Origin: a virus | Taxonomy: Duplodnaviria; Caudoviricetes | Strand: one strand, 5' to 3' | Virus record (IMG/VR): IMGVR_UViG_3300029305_003510 | Span: 1-64,000 of that record | Length of the DNA stretch: 64,000 bases | Part shown: piece by piece, positions 1-8,744 of the stretch | Layout: every line of letters begins with the position of its first letter | Position numbering within the stretch: the stretch's first letter is position 1 | The notes under the pieces: model-generated | What the model saw: only the letters and a program-made list of their open reading frames with translations | Told to the model about the DNA's origin: nothing | Database searches by the model: none | Translations under genes and position numbers: made by a program

Positions 1-68
1 TGTGATTGTCCTTTGGGCCAACCACGACTTTGCCACTCGATTCGCCTGTAAGAGTCGTTACACTCCTC

Positions 69-1196
69 TTACGATGCTGCTAAAGCAACATGGGGCCGGA
101 ACCCATGAGAATTGCTGGGAATGTTGTCGCTGAGGCCGCCGCCAGAACCCACGTAGTACACGTAACTAGAGCTGTAGGCGGTAGCAAGCCACCACACTGT
201 GGCGGTGCCGCTATAATTTGCCACTCTATTAGTAGCAGACATCGCATAGTACAAGAATGTGCTGGAAGCCTGAGTATACGTAGGAATCCAAATCTTATTA
301 GATACGCCCTCAATGGTCATACTAATAGCCTGAGACTGATACGTAGAACTCAAACTATTCAAGAATGTTGTACATGCAGCCGCAATCGTAGAACCACTAT
401 ATGTGGTACTGGAACCAAATGCGGTTTTAGAATAGATGCAATAATATGCAAGATACATATAACTTGCATCACGATGTACAACAACCCACCAATGACCGGC
501 CCACTTGACCAAGTCACCAACAGCGTTGGATTTAGTGACAGTATCATCACCAGAAGCACCGACACCGAGCCAAGTCTTCAAATTCGCCAAAGTAACTTTC
601 TTACCAGTGGCAGCACTGACATCACCAATACCGATTACATCAGTATCAGCCAAGCCAGTAGAAGCCAATGCAGTGCTGCCATTGATCAGCGCATACAGCG
701 CCAGAGGTGCTGTGGTCTTGCCGGTACCACCGTTGCCAAGAGGCAACGTGCCAGTAACACCAGGTCTGGGACTAGCCACCAACACGTTAGCAGCAGTGGT
801 GGACGCCAGATTCGTCAACATAGACGGAGAAGCAGTCAAACCAGTACCGCCACGGGCGATGGCCAAAGTCCCAGAAGTGATCGCACTTGCAGCATGATTG
901 TGACTGCTTGCTGCACGACTGGTATCAGTAGGATGCACATGGTCACTACGAGACACAGTCGTCGCAGTGCCAACAGCCGCTGTACCATTCATAGCAGGTG
1001 CAGTCGTAGAGAATGTGACATGGGTGCCATGAGATGCAGCCGCCTTACCGCCAATAGCAGTATTCATAGCTGTAATCGTGGCCTCCAATGTCTTTCCGTC
1101 AGCCATGATAACCACAGCACTCGACGTCTCGAGATAAATGGTATCATAAGTACCTGACGAGTTCTTCCGGTTCAATCGTTCCTTCAGAACGGCCAT
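69..1196 (-). CDS. Tail fibre / receptor-binding protein with C-terminal CLec-like (DUF6273-type) domain; probable DGR target
   Basis: Ala/Thr/Ser-rich shaft with fibre repeats (HNHAASAITSGTLAIARGGTG, GTLPLGNGGTG). C-terminal WWLAT...YVYYV...NSHGFRP is typical of CLec-fold DGR targets. SD AAGGAGG upstream. Confidence 0.8.
   Translation of the reverse strand: MAVLKERLNRKNSSGTYDTIYLETSSAVVIMADGKTLEATITAMNTAIGGKAAASHGTHVTFSTTAPAMNGTAAVGTATTVSRSDHVHPTDTSRAASSHNHAASAITSGTLAIARGGTGLTASPSMLTNLASTTAANVLVASPRPGVTGTLPLGNGGTGKTTAPLALYALINGSTALASTGLADTDVIGIGDVSAATGKKVTLANLKTWLGVGASGDDTVTKSNAVGDLVKWAGHWWVVVHRDASYMYLAYYCIYSKTAFGSSTTYSGSTIAAACTTFLNSLSSTYQSQAISMTIEGVSNKIWIPTYTQASSTFLYYAMSATNRVANYSGTATVWWLATAYSSSYVYYVGSGGGLSDNIPSNSHGFRPHVALAAS
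88..222 (-). repeat. Putative DGR variable region (VR)
   Basis: Located at the 3' end of a CLec-type gene. Codons are dominated by NNC/NNT (TAC AGC TCT AGT TAC..GGC GGC CTC AGC GAC AAC ATT CCC AGC AAT), ending in GC-rich GGGTTCCGGCCCC. No template repeat seen in the window. Confidence 0.6.
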
Positions 1197-1213
1197 GTGA
1201 ATTCCTCCTTATA

Positions 1214-1324
1214 AGGATTTATTATCTTACCACAGACTAAGGTTTTTGGCACACTGCCTTCGAACCCATCACTTCAGCATCCACCGATTTCTCGGTGGAA
1301 GTCTGCAATAATAACCAAAATCCT
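1214..1324 (-). promoter_or_regulatory. Structured 5' leader RNA of the tail fibre gene
   Basis: Nested stems AGGATTT/AAATCCT and ATTGCAGACT/AGTCTGTGGT, plus an 8-bp TCCACCGA-GAAA-TCGGTGGA hairpin, between the late promoter and the SD. Confidence 0.55.
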
Positions 1325-1341
1325 CAATCAGCGTGTTAAGA

Positions 1342-1354
1342 TTATAAGAATGTC
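1342..1354 (-). promoter_or_regulatory. Putative late phage promoter GACA-N4-TATAA
   Basis: GACATTCTTATAA; recurrent intergenic motif. Confidence 0.6.
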
Positions 1355-1372
1355 ACATGCGTTATATTTTGA

Positions 1373-2950
1373 TTAAGAAATCGTCTCGAACCAAAGATCG
1401 CCAGCAAGCTGATTGGTAGGCTGAGTAGAGCCGGTTGCAACATTCACAACACGAGTGCCGTTACTGTACAAACAACCATCGGTACCAATATATGCAGTGT
1501 CATGAGAATATGTTTGAGGGTTGGCTGCCTGAGAAGCAGCACCGATAAGGAACAGTTTCGAAGAACTATTAGTAGAACCTGCAGTATTCTTGGTATTAGT
1601 CGGTACAACCCAAGTTCCATCGCCACGAAGGAACGAAGCTTGCTTGCCTGCAGCAGGAGCAGGTACGGCACCAGCAGTACCGGCAGCATCTGCAGTAGCT
1701 GCAGTCATAACCGGAATACGTGCAACTGCAAAAGTCCCACTCGTAATCTTGCTTGCAGCAAGAGAAGGAATATCTGTAGCCACTAAAGCTCTAAAAGTAG
1801 CTGCGCCATCAGAGCCGTTTGGTGCGGCCAGGACTGTATTAGCGGTTCGGCTCGTGCTGGCACTATACTTATCGCCGAGCTGTGTCTGGACATTGGAAGT
1901 TACACCATCCATATAATTCAGCTCATCGGCAGTCGCAGTAATACCGAGATCGGACAGAGTAGTAGCTGCACCAGGAATTCCTAAACCGGTAATATCCTCC
2001 TTGGTAATAGCAGTAACGGCAGTTACGTGACCCTTATCATCAACTGTAATCTTATACAACCCAGAAGCACGTGCAGTATGTGTCGGATGCGTATAAATGA
2101 TGACTTCATTACCATCGATGATTACATTACCGTTGGTATCAGATGCAGTAACAACCGTAGCATTACTGGGAGCATGTGCAGACTGACTATGTTCATATGC
2201 AATCTTACCGCGATCACCACGATAGGCCGTAGTTGCAGTTTCACCAAGTGCTATACCTCCACCGGCTCCACCAACAGAGGCATAGTGAGTACCACCCCAA
2301 CGATACATTTGATTTGCATTGATGTCGTTATAAAGCTTACCAGCTTCAGGTGTTACAATAATTCCATTGGTGTCGGTGAATTCGGTGAAATCATCATTGG
2401 TAATAGAGCCTTCAATGACATCATCGACATACGAAGGCAGATACTGTGCCAAAATCTTACCATTCTCATCAAGAGGAGCAATACCACTATTCGCTCCCAA
2501 AAGAATTTGTTTCAAATAAATAGCATCATGGTTATGATCGCTTAATGCCTTCGAATTAAGCTGATTCTGAATATTACTAGTTAAACCAGACAGATATCCC
2601 AACTCTGTCTCGGTAATGGCAGAAATATTCAGACTTTCATCTTCTCCGGTAATAACAACTCTTCCTGCAGTACCGACCTTAATTGTAGCACCGGTATGTT
2701 CATGGCTATCATCACCGACTTCCACGTCGATACTGACACTATCCACACCATTATATGTGGCGCTGCCGGTGACACCACCGGACAGAGAAATCGTGCGATT
2801 TTTCACAAGGGATGCTAGCTTTTGGGATAAAGTAACGCCAACTTCACCTTCGATCAACACCATGTCAGAATCTGTTTCAAAGTGGAAGATCTGAATTGCC
2901 CCGGTAGCATCGATCTTCTTACCATACTGCTGTTTTACAATAGTAGACAT
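1373..2950 (-). CDS. Tail fibre protein
   Basis: Fibre motifs (DDSHEH, YLPSYVDDVIEG, LGETATTAYRGDRGK, YTHPTH, GAVPAPAAG..FLRGDGTW) and C-terminal QP..GDLW. Confidence 0.8.
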   Translation of the reverse strand: MSTIVKQQYGKKIDATGAIQIFHFETDSDMVLIEGEVGVTLSQKLASLVKNRTISLSGGVTGSATYNGVDSVSIDVEVGDDSHEHTGATIKVGTAGRVVITGEDESLNISAITETELGYLSGLTSNIQNQLNSKALSDHNHDAIYLKQILLGANSGIAPLDENGKILAQYLPSYVDDVIEGSITNDDFTEFTDTNGIIVTPEAGKLYNDINANQMYRWGGTHYASVGGAGGGIALGETATTAYRGDRGKIAYEHSQSAHAPSNATVVTASDTNGNVIIDGNEVIIYTHPTHTARASGLYKITVDDKGHVTAVTAITKEDITGLGIPGAATTLSDLGITATADELNYMDGVTSNVQTQLGDKYSASTSRTANTVLAAPNGSDGAATFRALVATDIPSLAASKITSGTFAVARIPVMTAATADAAGTAGAVPAPAAGKQASFLRGDGTWVVPTNTKNTAGSTNSSSKLFLIGAASQAANPQTYSHDTAYIGTDGCLYSNGTRVVNVATGSTQPTNQLAGDLWFETIS

Positions 2951-2972
2951 CGCTTAGCCTTCTCCTTCCTCC

Positions 2973-3797
2973 TTAAGTATTTTCACTCTCGGTATCTTCG
3001 GAGACCGGATAAGGCGTCTCAGACCCATCCAAATCAAAATCGTCCATACCGGGAGATGGAGTCACGTCGCCATCCTCGATAGATTCGAATTGATAGCTTG
3101 TGCTTGAAAGATCCGTAATAGGATAAATAACGGAACTATCGGATACGGACTGGAGGAAATACTCATCGCCAGCAACCTCAGGATAAAGAGGTTGCATCCA
3201 GTAATCGCCCACTTCCTGTACGTCATCTGCAGGCTGGTTATCAGACTGGACAAACTGCTTATGAGTCAACTGTTGAATCAATTCCTCGTTCTTTTCGAGG
3301 ATCTCCTGCATGTCTACTACTTTAACCCAATCGCCCCAGGTATCATTGGCTCCGGCCTTTCTAAAATAGGTCGTCATAGCCACGTCACCATAGGCGGTCT
3401 GCCATGCCGGATAATCTACGCCTTCCTCTTCATCCATTGCGATAGTCTTGATCAGAACATGGTTTAAAGTAATACCATCTTTTCCAACCAATCCGACGGC
3501 TGAAGTTTCTTTCAGCTCATAGGTCACGTTGCGAGAATAAGAACTCGGAGGGGTATCCTGACCTTTGTTATCTGTAACGATGGTAACGCCAACGACTTTC
3601 AGTTGATTATTTTCATCAACAATCATGTCGCTGTTCGTATTTCCAGCAGTGTTGTCCGGGTTGAACACTGTGTCGTTCAGTATGTCAATCTTAGGCAAGA
3701 TCGTGTCCTGGATATACCGCATATTCTCGATGACCTGCTGATAAGTAGACGCTAGATTACGGCCATTTTCGATTGCATTCCACGGCATCTGTTGCAC
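2973..3797 (-). CDS. Tail fibre-associated virion protein (probable start ATG 3788)
   Basis: Contains YFR...WGDW and QP...GDYW fibre motifs; in an operon with the fibre genes; SD GAAAGGAAG. Confidence 0.6.
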   Translation of the reverse strand: MQQMPWNAIENGRNLASTYQQVIENMRYIQDTILPKIDILNDTVFNPDNTAGNTNSDMIVDENNQLKVVGVTIVTDNKGQDTPPSSYSRNVTYELKETSAVGLVGKDGITLNHVLIKTIAMDEEEGVDYPAWQTAYGDVAMTTYFRKAGANDTWGDWVKVVDMQEILEKNEELIQQLTHKQFVQSDNQPADDVQEVGDYWMQPLYPEVAGDEYFLQSVSDSSVIYPITDLSSTSYQFESIEDGDVTPSPGMDDFDLDGSETPYPVSEDTESENT

Positions 3798-3837
3798 TTC
3801 CTTTCTATCAGCAAGGCCGTCTTTACCTCGCCGGATT

Positions 3838-3850
3838 TTATATACCTGTT
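3838..3850 (-). promoter_or_regulatory. Putative late promoter AACA-N4-TATAA
   Basis: AACAGGTATATAA upstream of the fibre operon. Confidence 0.65.
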
Positions 3851-4305
3851 CCGTTAATCAATGCCAACATTTATATGAGTAACGGCAGGGGGATATCTGC
3901 GGTTTTACATTCCGCTTTGCCTTTTTCCGCGGTGTATACTGTATTTTTAGTACAGTTCCCGTTTGCCCATTTATGTGTACTTGCTCGAGCCATCATATGC
4001 CTGACAGCTCCTCCCTGTTAGTGGCTACTTGGTAGCCAAATACACACATCAATCCGTTTTGTAAGGTAGATGTTGTGTATTAGCTGGCTCTTGATGCGTT
4101 GCACCTCCTGTTCTTCTTTTTCTGTTCATTGTATCAGTGGCTTCTTGCTCATAGGCCTATCTGACACCTCCTTTACCATATATGGAATCCCTGGAACCAA
4201 AGATCCTGTCGTTACTCTTTCTATAATGATCTTTTTCCGGTTCCATGATTCATAAATCCCCGAAACCTTCATTATATATTATGACGAAAGGATGTATGTA
4301 CTACT

Positions 4306-5244
4306 ATGACTAATTACCGCAAATTGATTGTAGATAGCGCAATTTCCTATGTTGGAACAAAGGAGCCCTCTGGCGATGACCAGTTCATTACTGCATATAA
4401 TAAATGGGCTGGTGCTAACTTTAGCGTAGACACTACTCCCTGGTGTGCTATCTTCGTAACTTTCAACGCACGTATGGTGGGTGTGCCCACCAATATCATT
4501 CCTAACTTCGCCAGTTGTAAGGTTGCCATTGACTGGTATAAACAGCGTGGACAGTGGCATGATCGAACCAGCGGATATAAGCCCAAGAGTGGTGATCTCT
4601 GTTTCTTCGACTGGCAGGTCGATAAGAAAGCGGATCATGTTGGTATCGTTACCGAGAATGACGGATCTAAAGTCTATGTTGTTGAAGGCAATACTAAGGG
4701 CACCGGCACTGTTTATGGCGTGCTGAAGAAGAGCTATGTGCTCTCCAGCAAGTATATTCTTGGTTATGCTTCTCCTGATTATACCGGTAAGAGTGTATCC
4801 GGAATCGCCAATCCGACTCAGTTGTCCAGCATGGTTAAATCTTCTTACATCAAGAAATATCAGACCTGGCTGAATCAGAACTATGGGTTCTCCCTGGTTG
4901 TTGATGGTAGCTTTGGCCCTAAAACTCGTAAAGCTTCTATCATGGCTTGGCAGATGCAGATGAATGCAAGTTTTATCACCTGCAAGCTTGAAGTAGACGG
5001 TATATATGGTCCTCTGAGTAAGAAGCAGTGCGATGCACATCCGCTGAAGAAGAACTCGAAGTGTACCAATCTGATCTATATCCTGCAGGGTCTCTTGTAT
5101 GCACATGGATATGATCCAAAGGGCTTTGACGGTATCTTCGGCTCTGGTTGCCAGACTGCTGTTCGCGCTTTCCAGAGAGCTCGTTCTATCAACGAAGCTG
5201 ATGTTGTCAAGGCTATGACTATGGAATCCCTGTTCAACAAGTAA
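4306..5244 (+). CDS. Endolysin-like CHAP amidase with two C-terminal PG_binding_1-type domains
   Basis: PWCAIFV (catalytic Cys), DHVGIV (His), VEGN; VDGSFGPKT, DGIYGP and DGIFGSGCQTAVRAFQ repeats. Confidence 0.85.
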   Translation: MTNYRKLIVDSAISYVGTKEPSGDDQFITAYNKWAGANFSVDTTPWCAIFVTFNARMVGVPTNIIPNFASCKVAIDWYKQRGQWHDRTSGYKPKSGDLCFFDWQVDKKADHVGIVTENDGSKVYVVEGNTKGTGTVYGVLKKSYVLSSKYILGYASPDYTGKSVSGIANPTQLSSMVKSSYIKKYQTWLNQNYGFSLVVDGSFGPKTRKASIMAWQMQMNASFITCKLEVDGIYGPLSKKQCDAHPLKKNSKCTNLIYILQGLLYAHGYDPKGFDGIFGSGCQTAVRAFQRARSINEADVVKAMTMESLFNK

Positions 5245-5286
5245 AAATAAAAGCTTTCTTAATTTCCCCCTCCTCTCCTTTATATA

Positions 5287-5330
5287 GATAGATGGGTCCA
5301 CTCTTCATTGGGTGGCCCGTCTATCATTTT
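5287..5330 (+). terminator. Intrinsic terminator
   Basis: GATAGATGGG..CCAC/GTGG..CCCGTCTATC hairpin followed by a T-tract after the lysin. Confidence 0.55.
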
Positions 5331-5433
5331 TGATTAATGATATACCAATCTAATAGAATGAACTATGGATTCACATCACTTCATTCTACAATTATAATGT
5401 GTACTCACAATTTGTCTGAAATCGGAAATAGAA

Positions 5434-5466
5434 AAGAGAGCCCAAGCGGGCTCTCTTCTTTGTTTT
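5434..5466. terminator. Intrinsic terminator
   Basis: AAGAGAGCCC-AAGC-GGGCTCTCTT hairpin followed by a T-tract. Confidence 0.6.
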
Positions 5467-5520
5467 CACATAACTCTTTTATTCCGATATTCCAGTCAAA
5501 AATGATATATAGAATTTGAT

Positions 5521-5530
5521 TATATATTAT
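5521..5530 (+). promoter_or_regulatory. Putative early promoter TATATATTAT
   Basis: Identical 10-mer also at 4273, 17174 and 26848, upstream of operons. Confidence 0.55.
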
Positions 5531-5552
5531 AGTATCGGAGGCCAAGAAAGGA

Positions 5553-6098
5553 GTGATAGTTATGGTCTCATTGAGAAAAACAATCAGGTGGAACCTGCGA
5601 TATATCGAGGCGGTAAACAGTGGTGACCGCCGACCGTTTCTCTCGCTCTTAGAAGAGTTGCTGAATCTTGAAAATGCATTTACAAAGAAATGCTATGTCT
5701 GGAATATTATACGTGGTCGTGAATTCTATAAAAACCTTTCGTTCTATGTAGTATCGAAAGCAAAAGAAGTTCTGAATGGAGACTCTGATAACCCAGAAGA
5801 GACCATGGCTCGTATTGAGCAAATCATCCAGATCGTTATGGAGACAGAGAAACGTAAAACTGTTAAGCAGAGTTTCGTCTGGAACATTACAAAACAAGTT
5901 CCCCTAATCACAGTAGACACGCTTAGGTACATGGATACCAAGCGTGTCACAAATATTCTCCAGAGTGAGAAACGAGTCCTAAACGATTCCGCTATGGATC
6001 CTTTCATTCGAGAGATCATTCGATTGAAGATCCTGGTCCATCAAACGGATTCGACTCTGGATGATACCTTGAATATCATTTTGGATAATAAAACTTAA
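5553..6098 (+). CDS. Hypothetical helical protein (probable start ATG 5562)
   Basis: ORF with SD AAAGGAG; first gene of the ppk operon. Confidence 0.7.
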   Translation: MIVMVSLRKTIRWNLRYIEAVNSGDRRPFLSLLEELLNLENAFTKKCYVWNIIRGREFYKNLSFYVVSKAKEVLNGDSDNPEETMARIEQIIQIVMETEKRKTVKQSFVWNITKQVPLITVDTLRYMDTKRVTNILQSEKRVLNDSAMDPFIREIIRLKILVHQTDSTLDDTLNIILDNKT

Positions 6099-6112
6099 GG
6101 AGGAGATGTACA

Positions 6113-6265
6113 ATGTCTTACAATGATTTCAAAATCTTCTGGAATGATCTGACTCCGGACTGTCAAAAACATCTGGAGCAGTTCCTGGGAGATAATGGGA
6201 ACTACGATGTATTCCCGATCGCAACAATCACCAAGGAGGGTGTAGAAGAAAATGACTGCAACTGA
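6113..6265 (+). CDS. Small hypothetical protein (50 aa, MSYNDFKIFWNDLTPDCQ...)
   Basis: SD AAGGAGG; fills the operon gap; below the ORF-track size cutoff. Confidence 0.65.
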   Translation: MSYNDFKIFWNDLTPDCQKHLEQFLGDNGNYDVFPIATITKEGVEENDCN

Positions 6266-6443
6266 GAAAAAGAATGCCAGGATCGAGGAGATCCTGAACA
6301 ACGTCTGTGGTGTGTGTGATTTCCTGCACTCTATGGGCGAGTCTGAAGAAAACATTGAGATCATTGAGAAATCTTGTGCCGAACTGGCTAAGATTGCACG
6401 TGGCGAAATCAAGTTTGCTGGTGATCTCTGTGGCGACGATTAA
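6252..6443 (+). CDS. Small hypothetical protein
   Basis: SD AAGGAGG; operon context. Confidence 0.65.
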   Translation: MTATEKKNARIEEILNNVCGVCDFLHSMGESEENIEIIEKSCAELAKIARGEIKFAGDLCGDD

Positions 6444-6463
6444 ATATAGAAAGAAGTGATCCT

Positions 6464-8425
6464 ATGGGAAAAGAAAAGGAACTTCTGAATCGTGATGTTA
6501 GTTTCCTGAGTTTCAATCGCCGTGTCTGCGATGAGGCGGCTAAGAAACGACACACATTAGGAGACCGTGTCATGTTTCATGGAATCACATTCAGCAATCT
6601 GAATGAGTTCCTGATGGTTCGATACCCTTCGACTGTTGAACTTGATAGTGAAGAACAGGTCAAAGAAACGGTTGAATATATCGGCAAACACTATAAGATG
6701 CTGGCGGAAAGGTTCCGTGATTTCAATAAGGAACATAAGATCATCCGAAGCATCAAAAGTCTCAGCAAAGACGAGCGGAAATGGGCTGATCAATATTTCA
6801 AGAAGTCTGTATTCCCCGCTCTCCTGCCTATCACAGTAGACAAAGCTCGCAGAGCAAATATCCATGCGGGTATGTATATTCTGGTAATCACGGAACGAGA
6901 TGATGAAGAGTCGGTCGGCTACATTGAAATCTCGAATAAGCTGGATCGATTCATTCCTATCCCCGGCAAACAGGGTGTGATCGCAATCGAGGATCTTGTA
7001 CAGGAAAATCTGAAACAGGTTATCCATGGTTGTAAAATTATCCGGTCTTGTCCATTCAGCATTTTGAGGTCTGCTGAAGTATATAGTCAACCGGATCGGC
7101 ATATGGACCCCTATGACCTGATTAAAGAAGTCCTCCTGCAACGAGAAGAATCTTGGATCACACAACTGGAAATCGGGTCTGACAAGAAGGAGTGTATTAA
7201 GACTATTCGCAAACTCCTTCCAGTTAATCCTAATACAATCATTTTCGCAACAGAACGGATTCGTCTCGCTGATCTGAAGAAGATCCCGAGCAGTATCTAT
7301 AAAAATGGAAACACTCCTCGGAAGCTGAAGATCTACAATACGTTCCCAAATGAGTCTGTCTTTGATTATATCAAGAGAAAAGATAGACTCTGTTTCCACC
7401 CCTATGAAAGCTATGAGGATTCGATGGTCCGATTTCTTGAGGAAGCTTCTACAGATCCTGATGTAGTCAGTATCCGTATCTGTCTTTATCGGGTCTCGGA
7501 ACGAAGTCGTATCATCGATGCACTGCTCAAAGCGGCTGACACCGGCAAGCTTGTTATCGTCTTAGTTGAGCTCAAAGCTCGATTTGATGAGAAGCATAAT
7601 ATGCAGGTGTCAAACATTCTCAGAGAAGGTGGTATCCGTATCGTCTATACGAAACCGGATATCAAAACTCATGCAAAGGTCTGCCTGGTTACACGTAAGG
7701 AGAAGAAAGGTCTTCGGATCTATTCCCATATCGGCACTGGAAACTACTCCGAGAGCAACAGTAAGCTCTATACGGATTATAGTTACTTTACTGCCGATCA
7801 GGAGATTGGTTCTGATTTGACACAGTTCTTTAATCTGTTGACATCTGACCAGGGCGACTTTAAATCTGAGAGAATTATCTATGCTCCATACAATCTCAAG
7901 AGTGAAGTAGTAGATAATATCAACAAGCAAATCAAGTTAGCGAAAAATAAGAAACCTTCCAGGATCACGATTAAGTGTAACGCAATCACCGATGAAGGCG
8001 TAGCTAAGAAGCTTATTGAAGCTGCTGAAGCCGGCGTCAAAGTAACACTGATTGTTCGATCCGCATGTATTATTCAACCCCAGAAAAACATCGAGATCTT
8101 CTCGATTGTTGGTAGTCAGCTTGAGCATAGTCGTGTGTATACGTTCGGTACTGGTAAAGATCAAAAGGTGTATATCGGTAGCGCAGATCTTATGACACGC
8201 AACCTGTCAAGAAGAAACGAGCTGATGATCCTGGTTGAACCTAAAGAGCTTAAAGCTCGAATTATCGACCACATTAAGATGTATCTTCGCGATACTTGTA
8301 ATCGGAGAAAAATCTTACCCGGATATAAGTATGAAGATATAAAACCTGGCAAAGATAAGAAACCCTACAACTGTCAGGAAGAATTCAGACGTGAAGCAAA
8401 GCGTCTATCAATCGAAGGGAGTTAA
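6464..8425 (+). CDS. ppk1: Polyphosphate kinase 1
   Basis: Motifs NRDVSFLSFNRRV, SNLNEF, HPYESY, LYRVS, ELKARFDE, KTHAK (phospho-His), HIGTGNY, YTDYS, LEHSRVY and GSADLMTRNLSRRNE; full length at 653 aa. Confidence 0.93.
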   Translation: MGKEKELLNRDVSFLSFNRRVCDEAAKKRHTLGDRVMFHGITFSNLNEFLMVRYPSTVELDSEEQVKETVEYIGKHYKMLAERFRDFNKEHKIIRSIKSLSKDERKWADQYFKKSVFPALLPITVDKARRANIHAGMYILVITERDDEESVGYIEISNKLDRFIPIPGKQGVIAIEDLVQENLKQVIHGCKIIRSCPFSILRSAEVYSQPDRHMDPYDLIKEVLLQREESWITQLEIGSDKKECIKTIRKLLPVNPNTIIFATERIRLADLKKIPSSIYKNGNTPRKLKIYNTFPNESVFDYIKRKDRLCFHPYESYEDSMVRFLEEASTDPDVVSIRICLYRVSERSRIIDALLKAADTGKLVIVLVELKARFDEKHNMQVSNILREGGIRIVYTKPDIKTHAKVCLVTRKEKKGLRIYSHIGTGNYSESNSKLYTDYSYFTADQEIGSDLTQFFNLLTSDQGDFKSERIIYAPYNLKSEVVDNINKQIKLAKNKKPSRITIKCNAITDEGVAKKLIEAAEAGVKVTLIVRSACIIQPQKNIEIFSIVGSQLEHSRVYTFGTGKDQKVYIGSADLMTRNLSRRNELMILVEPKELKARIIDHIKMYLRDTCNRRKILPGYKYEDIKPGKDKKPYNCQEEFRREAKRLSIEGS

Positions 8426-8433
8426 AAGAAACT

Positions 8434-8664
8434 ATGAGCTATGATCGTGAGAAAAGAACGGAAATTGGACCGCGTATGACCGTTGGGGAGTTTAAAGCTC
8501 TCCTGGAAAATGTCCCTGACCAGTATGAGGTCTGCTGTAGCGGTTCTGAAACATTCTTCATGCATGTCGATGATGAAAACGAAGTAATCAGCTTCGATGA
8601 TTCCGAACTTGAAGAGGATTATGATCTGGATGATCTCGACGATGATGAATATGAAGGTGATTAA
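8434..8664 (+). CDS. Small acidic hypothetical protein
   Basis: MTVGEFKALLENVP motif common in phage small proteins; D/E-rich tail. Confidence 0.7.
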   Translation: MSYDREKRTEIGPRMTVGEFKALLENVPDQYEVCCSGSETFFMHVDDENEVISFDDSELEEDYDLDDLDDDEYEGD

Positions 8665-8680
8665 AAGATAGCCCGTTTCT

Positions 8681-8720
8681 GCGGGTGGGAGTTCTTTAGA
8701 ATTCCTGCCCGCTTTCTTTT
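8681..8720 (+). terminator. Intrinsic terminator
   Basis: GCGGGTGGGA..TCCTGCCCGC hairpin followed by TTTCTTTT. Confidence 0.6.
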
Positions 8721-8744
8721 AAGCTAATATAAGGAGGAAATGAA

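Noticed and set aside
1240-1280. Hammerhead ribozyme core (CTGAAG..CGAA) in the fibre leader
   Set aside because: CUGANGA is not matched (CUGAAGU) and the required stems could not be placed.
4126-4128. In-frame TGA suggesting stop-codon reassignment
   Set aside because: TGA and TAG terminate clear genes (9134, 12257, 19199, 22798, 23239), long ORFs are intact in the standard code, and no clear suppressor tRNA is present.
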